This document shows, piece after piece, positions 1 to 12,734 of a stretch of 64,000 nucleotides of DNA. The stretch's first letter is position 1. The number at the start of each line of letters is the position of its first letter. The stretch spans positions 13,206,001-13,270,000 of the forward strand of contig NC_043006.1 of assembly GCF_006345805.1 (NCBI RefSeq), written 5' to 3'. This DNA is from Octopus sinensis. Taxonomy: Eukaryota. Under the pieces are notes generated by a model that saw nothing but the letters and a program-made list of their open reading frames with translations, did not search any database and was not told the DNA's origin. A program made the translations under genes and the position numbers.

Positions 1-51
1 TATACTAAAAAATGAACACGTTTTATTCTACTCTGATATAAATATATAAAC

Positions 52-54
<3 letters not shown>

Positions 55-99
<45 letters not shown>

Positions 100-164
100 G
101 TGTATGTGTGTGCCTGTGTGTCTGTGACTGTCTATGTGTACAGTCAGTGAGAGACATACATATA

Positions 165-205
<41 letters not shown>

Positions 206-504
206 TTCCTTATAATATTATATCATAATATATTATATTATTATATAGTATATTATAATAGATTTCATATGAATGTATACGTATACATATACGTGGTGAG
301 TTTAATGCTCTGGATTTCCCTTGTGTCACAGAATTTATATCTGTATGCACATATAGACAAGCCCACGCACACATACACATATATACCCTAATATATATAG
401 GGTGTGGTTTTGTGTGTGTATATTTAATGCTAATCTATAGATGCGCATGCACACACAAACATACACACAAGCACAGAAACAAGCCTGCACACACATATAA
501 AGAC

Positions 505-565
<61 letters not shown>

Positions 566-604
566 CAGACAGATAGGTAGGTAGTTAGGTAGGTAGGTAC
601 CTAA

Positions 605-671
<67 letters not shown>

Positions 672-732
672 TATAGATAGACAGACAGATAGGTAGGTAG
701 GTAGGTAGGTAGGTAGGTAGGTAGGTAGCTAA

Positions 733-810
<78 letters not shown>

Positions 811-816
811 TGACAG

Positions 817-877
<61 letters not shown>

Positions 878-1222
878 TGCATTGTGTATGTGTGTTCTGT
901 ACAGCATGCTGGTGAACTTTTAAATGTTTATTATTATTATTATTATCATTATTATTATTATTATTATTATTATCATTATTATTATTATATATTATTATTA
1001 TTATTATTATTATTATTATCATTATTATTATTATCCTTATTATCATTATTATTATTATTATCATTATTATTATTATTATTATTATCATTATTATTATTAT
1101 TATTATCATTATTATTATATTATATTATTATTATTATCTTATTATTATCATTATTATTATATCATTATTATTATTATTATCATTATTATTATTATTATTA
1201 TTATCATCATCATCATCATCAT
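55..1222. repeat. Microsatellite cluster: (TA)n, compound (AGAT)n/(AGGT)n/(AGAC)n (~506-878), (TTA)n grading into (TCA)n (~929-1222)
   Basis: Simple repeats read directly; all ORFs here (LSIY, IIII, YYYY) are repeat translations. Confidence 0.97.
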
Positions 1223-1892
1223 TTTCATTAGATTCATGAGAATCCAGTAAAATTTTCAATACATTTAAGCTAATCGGTCAAGTATATACTCTTCACTAAA
1301 TTGAAATTTCCAATCTATGGTTTCTGTTCTCATACATCTGTCACTCTTCCTTAATTTCTTTCTGAATCACGAAAATTTATCGAGATATCTTTTAATTTAT
1401 ACTTCTACTAGTTGTATTTTTCGTATTTTATTATTATTATTTTATTCATTTATTTATTTATTTGTCTCTGAAACATACCGTTGATACACAGAGAGCTTTT
1501 AATTTTACACTAATGGTTTTTAAAATCACTGTAGAATCGCTGTGCTATAATATTGTTACACGAAATATATAGGAATTTATTATTGTTGTTGATGGTGATA
1601 GAAATGGTGGTGGTTGAAGCGTTTATGGTGGTGGCTTTTTCGTTGTGTTTAATAGAGCGGTGGATTAGCAGAAATAGTTAGAGTGCCAGACAAAATATTC
1701 CTGCAGTATAACTGTTCTTTACATTCTGAGTTCAAAGCCCGCCAAAGTTAGTTTGACCTTTTATCCCTCTCGGGTCGAGGAAATAAGGTACCACGTGAGT
1801 AGGGGTGACTGTATAATCGATTGAAAATCTCTCATCACAATTACTGGCCTTGTGCTAAAATTATAAGAAATTATTATTTTATTAGTAATAAA

Positions 1893-2155
1893 CGCAGGAG
1901 TGGCTGTGTGGTAAGAAGCTTGCTTCACAGCCACATCATTCCGGGTTCAGTCCCTTGCGTGGCTACTTGGGTCCCAAAATAAACTCTCTCTCTTTTATAA
2001 TATAATTCACCCTTTACTTGTTTCTGTCATTATACTGCAGCTATGCTGGCAATATCACCTTGAAAAATTCTTTTGATCGAATGAATCGATCACGGACTTA
2101 TTTTTTAAAACCTGATATTATTCAATCGTTCTTTTCTGCCGAACCGCTAAGTACC
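1893..2155. mobile_element. Degenerate fragments of the ~410-bp tRNA-derived SINE (family C)
   Basis: GCAGGAGTGGCTGTGTGGTAAG...CCGGGTTCAGTCCC head on +, tail fragment on -; matches fuller copies at 37051 and 47662. Confidence 0.7.
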
Positions 2156-2159
2156 TACA

Positions 2160-3322
2160 TGAACTTTCTCTAAAAGCAGGTAGTAATTTTTACTTTGTCA
2201 TTATTCTTAGTGCAAGATTTGAAGAGCGCAGTTCGATTTTAACAGTTATATTTTCAAAGCTATAATGGAAGAGACAACGGAGTATATTCGGCATATTTTG
2301 CTTTAGGATTTCAATAAAGGCAACAACGCAACGGAAAGTGCGAGGAATATTAATGCAGCATACGAAGATCGAGCAATAAGTGTAGCCAGTGTCAGCGGTG
2401 ACTCCAGAAATTCCGAGCCGGAAACTACAGCCTAAAAGACGGGCCTCGTTCTGGAAGATCTGTACAGCTGGATGAGGACGTCCAGCAAACCCTGTTGGAA
2501 CAAACTTCCATTGTAACTGATGAGGACAGAAGCCTGGATTTGGTCATTCAACCATTTATCGACACCTGCGAGCCATAGGAAAAGTCAGCAAATTGGATCA
2601 ATACCTTCCTTACAAACATTTCGAGTCTAATCGCGTGCAGAGAGTGAGTGTGTGCTCTTCTTTGCATTCCCGTCTAACGAATGAACCTTTTTTCGACCGA
2701 ATAGTGACTAGTGACGAGAAATGGGTTCTCTATAAAAATATGCCGAAGAGTGTATGTAGCAAACGGAAAAATACCGGCACCTTAGGCTAAATAGGTCTTC
2801 ACCCATGTGTGGTGTTGTTTAGTCCACTTTGAACTTTTAAACCCAAACCAAATGATAATAAAGGAGATCTACTGCGAGCAGCTTAAGCGGCTTAAGTCAG
2901 CGCCAGAAGAAAAATGCCCATCTTTGGTTCTAAGACAAAAGATGTTTTTCCATCAGGATAATGCTCGGCCCCAAACAATGACATTCCAGAGGCTGGAGTA
3001 GTTGGAATGGGAAACGATGCCCCACCCACCATATTTGCCGCACATTTCCCCATCTGATTATCATTTACACCGCAGTCTTCAAAATCATTTGGACGGAAAA
3101 AATATGAATTCTGTGGACAAGTCAGAACGGTATTGAAGGAGTATTTTTCGTCACGAACAAGAATATTTCGGGAGAGGGGCCTTGCAAGTCTACCAGATAG
3201 GTGGATGAGCACTGTAGAAAATAAAGGAAAGCATATTTTAGATTTAAAAAGAGCTTTGTTTGTCTTAATTTTGAAATATAAAAGAAGCATAAATAAAACC
3301 GCATTATTTATGGGATGACTGC
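2160..3322 (+). mobile_element. Decayed mariner transposon, near full length
   Basis: ATG 2265 MEETTEYIRHILL*DFNKGNNATESARNIN; RIVTSDEKWVLY; FFHQDNARP; HPPYLPHISPSDYHL motifs with stops and frameshifts; 3' end AACCGCATTATTTATGGGATGA shared with the copy at 27961-29229. Confidence 0.92.
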
Positions 3323-3324
3323 CT

Positions 3325-3510
3325 ATGTACCGTTGGCGATTTTTTCCCTCGGTCTTCCCTTCTTTGGATCTTTCCTTTTCCTATGTTTCTGACGAAGAGC
3401 TCCGCTCGAGCGTTAAACCCTCCTTCTTCCTTCTTTCCTGAGCGTCCAATAACACTATACTTGTTCCACGTCCTTGCGTTGTTGTGTTTTCATGTTTGGA
3501 TTAACTATAC
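3325..3510 (+). mobile_element. Short Penelope pLTR-like element with a degenerate hammerhead (3385-3418)
   Basis: GTTT-CTGACGAA-GAGC-TCC-GCTC-GAGCG-TT-AAAC; related copies at ~38300-38400 (+) and ~42230-42420 (-), each next to a microsatellite. Confidence 0.55.
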
Positions 3511-3519
3511 ATATGTGTA

Positions 3520-3737
3520 TGTGTGTGTGTGTGTGTGTGTGCGTGTATGTATGTATGTATGTATGTATGTATGTATGTATGTATGTATGTATGTATGTAT
3601 GTATGTATGTATGTATGTATGTATGCATGCATGTATGTATGTATGTATGTATGTATGTATGTATGTATGTATGTATGTATGCATGTATGTATGTATGTAT
3701 GTATGTATGTATGTATGTATGTATGCATGTATGTATG

Positions 3738-3769
<32 letters not shown>

Positions 3770-3890
3770 TGTATGTATGTATGTATGTATGTATGTATGC
3801 ATGTATGCATGTATGTATGTATGTATGTATGTATGTATGTATGTATGTATGTATGTATGTATGCATGTATGTATGTATGTATGTATGTGT
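3520..3890. repeat. (GT)n plus (ATGT)n microsatellite
   Basis: Direct reading. Confidence 0.97.
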
Positions 3891-4171
3891 AGCTTGCACT
3901 GCACTAACCCCACCTATTAACCCAAGAAGACTTTCGCCAGTGTGACATGAAAATTGACAAAACCAGGAACTTCCAAAGTCTCAGGTTTTATTTCGGAGAT
4001 TTCCTTCTCCTTGATAGATTACCAACCAAGGTTAAATAGCTTCTATCTGCCCATGAGTTAAGCTATCCCATTCCAGACACCAAACCGGAGTAGCTCATTC
4101 ACACATAAAAAGAAAAAAAAACACGATATGTGATTTGCAAATATAAATAAGAATTAAGTATAAATAATCTA

Positions 4172-4995
4172 CAGGGGTGGGACAAAATAATGGAAACACC
4201 TTAAAATTTCAAACAAATTTATATTAATATGGGGTAGGACCGCCTTTGGCAGTAATTGCAGCTTGTTTTCTACGAGCTATGGACTCGTACAAAGTTTGAA
4301 TTGTTTCCAAAGGAATTTTTGTCCATTCTTCAGCTAAAACAGTTCTTGTAGTGATGATGGTGGAGGATATCAACTCTTGTTTTTCTAAAATGCACTATAA
4401 ATGTTCAATAATATTGAGATCTGGGGACTGTGGTGTCCAGATAAGATGTTCGATTTCACTAGAAAGTTCCTTGTGCCATTCAGAAACAATTTTAGCTGTG
4501 TGAATTGGTGCATTATCATCCTGAAAGATTGCCTTTCGCACCGGAAACAGTTCTGCAACCATAGGATGAATTTGACCAAATAAAATGCTTAAATAGTCTT
4601 TACTATTAATTCTGCCATGAAGGGAAACCACTGGGCCGGCGGATTTCCAAGATATAGCCCCCACCCCCGATAATCACAGATTCTCCCCCATGTTTAACTG
4701 TTGGAAGAAAGCAGTCTGGGTCAAATAATTCTCCACGCGTATACTCGGCCGGTGGTCGGAAATAAGGTAAAGGATGAATCGTCCGAGAAAATAATATTCT
4801 TCCACAGCTCTAGGGACCAATTCTGTAGGTTTTACTCCACTCTAAACGCTTTGCAACGTTTGTTTTTGAAAGTAGTGGTTTTCTGATTGCAACCCTCCCA
4901 TGAAATCCGGCTTTTTGCAGCTCCCGGCGAACAGTTTTTGTGGAAACTGGGTTCTCTAGGTGGTCATTAAGTTCTGCAGTAATTTTCGTAGCTGT
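4172..4995 (-). mobile_element. Tc1-family (DD34E-type) transposon remnant, one end only
   Basis: ORF 4395-4664: IFQDDNAPIHTAK...WTPQSPDLNIIEHL; terminus TA|CAGGGGTGGGACAAAATAATGGAAACAC at 4170-4200. Confidence 0.88.
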
Positions 4996-5039
4996 ACTTT
5001 CTAAGAATTCCTGTAAGAGTCAGAAACATTTAGTTAATC

Positions 5040-5430
5040 CCCTTGTCTGTCCTTGTTTGTCCCCTCTATGTTTAGCCACTTGTGGGCAATAAAGAAATAA
5101 GAAACGTTAATGCTCAGCAGTATTTCCTTTGTCTTTACGTTCTGAGTTGAAATTCTGCCGAGGTCAACTTTGCCTTTTATCTTTTCGGGGTCGATATAAT
5201 CGACTTAATCCGTTTGTATGTCCTTGTTTGTCCCCTCTGTGTGTAGCTCCTTAAGGGCAGTAAAGAAATAAGTATTTCCTCTGTTTTTACGTTCTGAGTT
5301 CAAATTCTGTCGAGGTCGACTTTTCCTTTTGTGATCGATAAATTAAATACCAGTTACGTACTGGGGTCGATCTAATCGCCTGGCCCTCTCCCTCAAAATT
5401 TCGGGCCTTGTGCCTAGAGTAAAAAAGTAT
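5040..5430 (+). mobile_element. Tandem partial copies of the ~230-bp SINE (family B)
   Basis: Repeated GTTCTGAGTT(C/G)AAATT...TTTGCCTTT...GGGGTCGAT...TTGTTTGTCCCCTCT...AAAGAAATAAG blocks. Confidence 0.85.
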
Positions 5431-5516
5431 ATTTTACATTTCTTTTCTTTTTTCTTCTTTTTCTGTTTTTATTTTATTTATTTTATTTTGTATATTTTTA
5501 CCTGCTGTCATTAACG

Positions 5517-5568
<52 letters not shown>

Positions 5569-6452
5569 TTTGCAACCATTTACTTATTGGCTAATTGCTA
5601 CTTACATTGCCACTCAGCCGTTGATGTTTATCCGTTCGCATCAGACTTAAAGTAAACCGTCTAATTAATTGAGTCGTAGATTGAAGGTGGAAAATTAATG
5701 AAGACTGAAATACAGGCAGATCATATTTTATTAAATCTTTATTCTCTTGATATGGTTTTGCCAAATAAGTATCTAATTATATTTAATTTTATTTCGTTTC
5801 TCGAAATAGAATAAGTCTGAACAAGCTTTATCGTCTTCAGATCTAACATAAGAATACTTCTGAAAGCTTATTTCTGTAGACCAAGCAACAGTGTCGGATT
5901 AATTACCATTTAAGGAACCGTTACCTTATAACTTGAAGGTTTTCTTGCGGATAAATCTGTTGTTCTCTATGATGTCATTATTTAGCTACATATGTGTGTG
6001 TGTATGTATGTGTGTTTGTATGTGTGTATGTGTGTGTGTTGTGTACGCGTGTGTGTTGTGTACACGTGTGTGTGTGTGTGTGCGAGTGTGTGTGAGTATG
6101 TGTACGTGTATCTATCATCATCATCATCGTTGTCGTCATTTAACTTCTGTCGTCTTTACAGGTATTATTTGAGTGATTTGACAGGATCTAACAAGCAGGT
6201 GGACTTCATTGAGCTTCATTGTCTGTTTAAACATGATTTCTACTGCCGGATGCCTTTCCTAACGCCAGCCACTTGCAGAACTGAACTGGCTGCCTTTTAC
6301 ATGGCACCGTAACTCGCAAGACAAAGGTAAGATCATTTTCACTGCATGAAAGTGAAATAGGGAAGGAGGCAACGTTAAGTCATGTGTCGGGAGGCAAAGA
6401 TGATATTGGGCTACAGGCACAGGTGGTACATGGCCACTCCACAATATATAAG

Positions 6453-6780
6453 ACCTAGCAGTATCGCCCGGCGTTGCTCAGGTTTCTTTCGACCCTTTAG
6501 AATTGAAATTTTTGAAAAGTAAAAGTTTTGCATTATGTAGCGTGTTATTCTCCTTAAGAGAACATTTTTCTGGTTGAAATACACCGAAAAATGGCGACAG
6601 AGCCATCAAAGAATCGTTAAAAATAGGGATTTTAATAGAAAAAAAAGCACCTTTTTCATGTAAATAATTTTTGGTGTTAACACGGTCTGATTTGAATTTT
6701 TTCCTCGGAGGAGATAGTGTTAATTGAAGGCTACCAAACCTGCCATACACAGACAACTTCAGCTTTATATATATAGAGAT
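6453..6780. mobile_element. Non-autonomous Helitron/Helentron-like (DINE/HINE-type) element
   Basis: Begins CTAGCAGTATCGCCCGGCGTTGCTC and ends ACAGACAACTTCAGCTTTATATATATAGAGAT, termini typical of this class; family assigned from motif memory only. Confidence 0.55.
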
Positions 6781-6939
6781 AAGTGGGAGTAACTGGAATG
6801 AAGATGATTATGGTAGTAACGAGATGTCAGGATATACACTAAAAATATAAGTAGGTGAATATAAAAGAGAGTACGGACAAAGGATCAGAAAATGTAGTTG
6901 AAAAAGTTCATTAGTGTGAGAGGAGTTACATACAGACGG

Positions 6940-7040
6940 TGGTTAGAGTTTGAAATCGCTCAAGACATGCTGGACCGTGTAAACGAGAACCCAGTCTTCA
7001 TGGGGGCATCATTGGTGGTGAGATATGGTTTTATGGTATT
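6940..7040 (+). mobile_element. Short mariner transposase remnant
   Basis: EIAQDMLDRVNENPVFM resembles the helix preceding the mariner (R)IITGDE motif. Confidence 0.4.
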
Positions 7041-7114
7041 TGCTCGATGCCTTTGGTCATCTTGCCTGCTTACGAAAATCTGACGAGCAGGCACTACACG
7101 TCTGTCCTCTGTGT

Positions 7115-7427
7115 TGTTTTTTGTTGTTTGTTCCTTCTCGAGCCACGCCTGGCTCATAAGGGCCGGTTTCCCGGTTTCATTAACGTATAGGTTTCCCACA
7201 AAGACGGGACGCTGGTCCGTCGTAGGTGAGCTGCTAGATGCAGGAGGAAAGAGTTAGAGAAAGTTGTGGCGAAAGAGTCAGCAGAAGTTCGCCATTACCT
7301 TCTGCCGGAGCCGCGTGGAGCTTAGGTGTTTCGCTCATGAACACAAACATCGCCCGGTTTGAGATTCGAACCCGCAATCCCTTGATCGCGAGTCCGCTGC
7401 TCTAACCACTAGGCCATGTGCCTCCAC
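7115..7427 (-). mobile_element. tRNA-derived SINE, family A head with tail type 3
   Basis: A box TGGCCTAGTGG, B box GGTTCGAATCTC; 13-bp TSD CTGTCCTCTGTGT at 7102-7114 and 7427-7439. Confidence 0.9.
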
Positions 7428-7859
7428 TGTCCTCTGTGTGTAGCAGTCGGGAGCTGACGCGGCCTACTGGCGCGAAAACTTTCATCTGTACGCAAGAAGG
7501 GTGGCATCATCTCACACTCAAATGATTTTGCCCGTGCGGCTTTAGTTTTGCAGTGAAAATATAAGAAGGAATACATACTTATTGAATGCACTTCGTATGT
7601 GTACAGTGTTTTCGAGCTAAATTTAACAATTTTTTGTCTCCTTTTTTTCGGAACAGATTCATGTATTGAGGAACAGTCAATGGCGTTGGAGAGCATAAAC
7701 ATTAAAGTTATAGTTAACAAAAAAAATAATAACTGACTTTGGGGACTGTAAGCCATCTGAATATTGGAACATAGTTACCTATGTCATGATTATTCGTGCT
7801 GGGTAGCAATTTGCCGACATAATGTCTACTGTTCAATACTCTATGAATATTATAAAGGT

Positions 7860-8520
7860 TGTAAGATGGGGCATGAAATTGAACCACCGATCATGAAAAA
7901 CAAATTCCCCCAAACTGTGATTGCCTTGGGAGTGTTTCCAGTGAAAGTAGCGTTATGCTGCAACACATCTTTGAACTTAGGCTCCATTTCAGACGGTTAA
8001 GTAAAGCTATTGGTAGTCAAACCCTGGCTAGAGAGAGTTGCTGCTCAAATACCATATGTGTGGCAGCAATATTGAGCTCCTTAAGGCGGCGAGCTGGCAG
8101 AAACGTTAGCACACCGGGCGAAATGCGTAGCCGTATTTCGTCTGCCGTTACGTTCTGAGTTCAAATTCCGCCGGGGTCGACTTTGCCTTTCATCCTTTCG
8201 GGGTCGATAAATTAAGTACCAGTTACGTGCTGGGGTCGATGCAATCGACTTAATCCGTTTGTCTGTCCTTGTTTGTCCCCTCTCTGTGTTTAGCCTCTTG
8301 TGGGTAGTAAAGAAATAAGTATTGAGCTCCTCGCCATACCTCAGGAAATAGTCAGAAGTGGTTGTCGGAGAATTTTTTACGACTTCACCAGCCCCAAAAT
8401 CTGCAACACCAAATCCTTACTGGTGGCCAAGATCAATGAGGTTTTCGAAGATCATCGTAGAGAAGCCGTGTCGAGGCCATGGTGGAAGCTGGGTGCGGTT
8501 AATTTGAGACAACTATCTCT
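7860..8520 (+). mobile_element. Tc1/mariner-superfamily (maT/DD37D-like) transposase remnant interrupted by a SINE
   Basis: VVKPWLERVAAQIPYVWQQY*APRHTSGNSQKWLSENFYDFTSP...LVAKINEVFED; third Asp region deleted so the spacing cannot be verified. Confidence 0.72.
8082..8319 (+). mobile_element. SINE family B, full length
   Basis: AAGGCGGCGAGCTGGCAGAA head, B box GAGTTCAAATTCC; 12-bp TSD TATTGAGCTCCT at 8070-8081 and 8320-8331. Confidence 0.93.
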
Positions 8521-8959
8521 CAGCCATAATCTAGTTGATAATTTTTGGTTCTTTTAAGGTATTTATATTTTGTGTGGGGGGATATTGTTTTCTTTTCCTT
8601 TCATACAGACAATTTATGTAGTCCAAATGCCCTGAATATGTGTGGGTAGATGGATGGATGGATGGATGGATGGATGGATGGATGGAGAGAGGGTTGAACA
8701 ATTTGACAGTGATTTCAGAGTTTCGGATTGCATGCACCGTTATTAGGCTGTCAGGTATAAGCGAGCGAACCGGAACGCTGAAGTCACTGTTACCCATTTT
8801 CATATAAAATTTAATAAATATGTGCTCTCCAAAAACTTATCGAGTGATTCATCAGTTTAATGTTAAAATGTGTTGAGAGAAAATTTGACTGAAAATCAAA
8901 GGTTAATATGTGTGTATAGGCGTTGTTTCCCAACCACAAAGCCCGTTGTGAACACAGAA

Positions 8960-9290
8960 ACACACATAAACACACACAGAAATGCACACAAACACACAAT
9001 CACGAAAACACCCTCACAAACACACACAGGGGCACAAACACACACAGGGGCACAAACACATACACACATAAACATACATGCATATACATCATATACATAC
9101 ACACACACGCAAGCATACAATCACAAACACATACACACAAATACACACACGCACACACGCACATACACACTAATATACTCACACACACACGCACACGCAC
9201 ACACATACGAACAAACACAAACAGATACAAGCACAGGGTCACATACATATACATGCATACACACACATATACACATACATAGAGAGAGTT
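8960..9290. repeat. CA-rich degenerate microsatellite
   Basis: Direct reading. Confidence 0.9.
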
Positions 9291-9299
9291 TACGAAAAA

Positions 9300-9460
9300 A
9301 CAAAGGACGAAGACAGGTGGTGTACAAAACAAACAGATGTATTAGTATAACGCTCAGGAATAGAAAAAGTCTTTTACGTTTCGAGCCTACGCTCTTCTAC
9401 AGAAAGGGACACAGAAAAAACAAGGAGAGAAAAAAATGTTTGTAGTGGCTAAAGATCTAT
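9300..9460 (-). mobile_element. Short pLTR-like element with a hammerhead-like motif (9371-9406)
   Basis: Minus strand CTTT-CTGTAGAA-GAGC-GTAG-GCTC-GAAA-CG-TA-AAAG: stems I and II intact, A6 replaced by U. Confidence 0.55.
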
Positions 9461-10988
9461 CATGGCGACGCATACGCACACACGTACACACGCACGCATA
9501 TAGAGAGAGGGAGACAGAGAGAGAGAGAGAGACAGAAAGACAGAGAGAGACAGACAGAAATAGAGAGTCAGCAAGAGAGAGAATTTATCGATGCCTCTAA
9601 GAATACACCCGTTTTGGTCTTTACTCTTTTCATTGCAAATATTCAACAGATCCTTTCCTCATACAATTCCTTAGAAGACATGTGACTTCACGAAAGCATA
9701 ATGACGTTAGCTTCCATTCCTACAAAATAGTTGCTAAGTATAAAGATGGAAACATATTTCAACTATATATTCACATTAATATATTCAATAGATATTTATG
9801 AATGGTTTAATATATTTCATTTTTGTTTCTTAATTTCAATACTATTTTCAGGAAATTTACAATAAAAGCTTTGAAATAGGTAGAATATGTCAACTCCTAC
9901 TTCAGATCTGAAATTTTCATTTTTTTTTTTATTCAATCAAAATATTTTCACTGCTACAAACGAACTCAGCAACCTTTGTTTTACGTTTAGGTTTTTAAGA
10001 TTTAGGTTTGAATGATCTTGTTAATTTTAGGCGGTATCTAAATGTTTCAGTTATAATCATAAACACACACATACATATTGATAGACAGACAGACAGGCAA
10101 GCAGACAGCAGACAGACAGATAGATAGATAGATAGATACATACATACATACATACATACATACATACATACATACATACATACATACATACATACATTGA
10201 TACATAGATAGATACATGTATAGAAACAGAGGGAGAAAAATGAATATATAAACACAGACACACACGCATATATATGTATATAAATGGGACAAGAACGCAA
10301 AACATCCAGAAGACGATACAAAAAACATAGACAGGTCAGTCGAAGCCTTTAATCTTCAGTCAAGAACCGGATCATCCTCGCAATCTCGGCTGATTATTCT
10401 CGAGATTGCTCAAATCTGGCCAGCCCCAGGGAAAAACTAAGCTAAGAGCATTAGATTCCTTGGAAAAAAGCTTCGAATGTATACGAAACAAGGACGGAAA
10501 AACGTACGATGTTACACGAATATAAATACAAAAGTAATACGAAAAAACAATAATAATGATAATAATAATAATAATAATAATTATAATAAAAATAACAGGA
10601 CATATATATATCTTTCGCATAACTACAAGCAGTAATTGCTACTGAAAAAGAAGTAAACAATTTTAAATATCATTAATGAAGCTTTCCTAAATCTAAGAAT
10701 AAACAAGCGGATCGTTTAACAAATAAATTTATTAGACTAAAAAATGAAATATGAATATAAAATATCCAATGGAAATACTGAAGCAATTAAATCATATTTC
10801 AAATATAACGTATACGCAACAAACCAATATTTCAGAACGTGACTTGCTTGCTTTAGACACTAAGGGCCGTAAATTTCGCGAAACGCCACATATTACACAC
10901 TCACACACGCATACGCGCGCATAAACTCATCGGCATGCACGCACGCACACGCACGCATACACACAGACACACATGCATACACACATAT

Positions 10989-11077
<89 letters not shown>

Positions 11078-11083
11078 GTATAT

Positions 11084-11498
11084 AAGGCGGCGAGCTGGCA
11101 GAAACGTTAGCACGCCGGGCAAAATGCATAGCCGTATTTCGTCTGCCGTTACGTTCTGAGTTCAAATTCCGCCGAGGTCGACTTTGCCTTTCATCCTTTC
11201 GGGGTCGATAAATTAAGTACCAGTTATGCACTGGGGTCGATGTAATTGACTTAATACCTATGTCTGTCCTTGTTTGTCCCCTCTATGTTTAGCCCCTTGT
11301 GGGTAATAAAGAAATAGGTATTTCGTCTGCCGCTACGTTCTGAGTTCAAATTCCGCCGAGGTCGACTTTGCCTTTCATCCTTTTGGGGTCGATAAATTAA
11401 GTACCAGTTACGCACTGGGGTCGATGTAATCGGCTTAATCCGTTTGTCTGTCCTTGTTTGTCCCTCTGTGTTTAGCCCCTTGTGGGTAGTAAAGAAAT
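11084..11498 (+). mobile_element. SINE family B, full copy plus headless tandem second unit
   Basis: Second unit restarts at GTATTTCGTCTGCCG (~11318) directly after the AAAGAAATAG tail. Confidence 0.92.
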
Positions 11499-12389
11499 AT
11501 ATATATATATGTATATATGCATATATACATATATGTATGCATATATGCATATATATATATATAAATTTATATAAATAAGGATAAGATCGTTATTTAAAAT
11601 ACCGATCATATCAGGTGCCCAGCATGGGAATAAAAACCCCATAGGTAATAATTATTATTAAAATTATAATTAAGGGTATCTAAAAGATAATAACATGCTA
11701 GATATAGCAGTCGAAACTTGACTCTAAACCACATTAAATGTTCATACAGCACCAGGAGAGAAGACAAAGAGACAAAATAAACTAGCAAAAAAATTATTGG
11801 ATAATTCCAGATCCCGGATTTCTGACTCTGCATAAGAAATGCTTCTATGATACCGGTGCAGTTTTTTCACTTTAATATCCCTTGATTTAACTATTTAAAT
11901 GTTTCGTTTATCTACTCTGCGTCGTATGACATGTGTGCGTGAGTGTGTCTCCGTGTGTGTGTACGTATGTGTGTGTGTGTGTTTGTGTGTTTGTAAGTAT
12001 ACTGGTTTGTTACTTATCATAAAATGGTTAACTTTGGATGTGTACTTTTGTCACCGAGGATATCAGTGAATATAGCGTCCATACGATAATTATAATTTAA
12101 CTTTTAACAAACTTCTTGGTGCTTCTACAAAATGATGAAATGAATATTACATTTCAAAATAAATATATTCATGACTTTAATAGAAAACTAAAGAAAACCA
12201 ATTTCTCATTTATATATTTGCAATTACTGCACTTTAGTATTTCTCTAAATTTTATCAAAATAACTGCAATTTACTCCCTGTCGAAAACCTATGGCTTCAA
12301 AATTTCATTTAAAAATTTGTATATTTTTCTGTTAGCTACAAGACACTCATCCTACACCTCTTTTGCTAACTCTCTTTATATCGACTTTT

Positions 12390-12425
<36 letters not shown>

Positions 12426-12734
12426 CTCTCTCCTTCTCTCACTCTCTCTCTCTCGCCTTTCTCTATACGATGTAATACGTGACTAGAGATACCAACTAAC
12501 TAAGTAACCAATTAACATGTATATCGACTATTATTAGATATCAAATTTTCCCCTCATTTATTGAAATGTTTTAGAATTTTTCGATTAGTCGCAATGATAT
12601 TAATTCCTCGATCACAACTCCTGAATTTCTATTTTAATCAGGTAATTTCAGGAATTCTTGGTTGGCAGACATCCTTGTACTCGCACATGTGTTTATAGAT
12701 GTACGGAGAGAAAAATACCCTCTCTCATCTCTCT

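Noticed and set aside
134-1250. Long ORFs such as 335-907 (190 aa) and 884-1231
   Set aside because: Pure translations of (AGAT)n, (TTA)n and (TA)n; no coding complexity.
9852-9879. Possible 28-nt host micro-exon (TTTTCAG|GAAATTTAC...GAAATAG|GTAGAA)
   Set aside because: Splice-like signals only; no neighbouring exons or recognisable protein. Needs RNA-seq.
10325-10360. CTGAAGA on the minus strand in a repeat next to (TAA)n
   Set aside because: No GAAA or closing stems in this copy.
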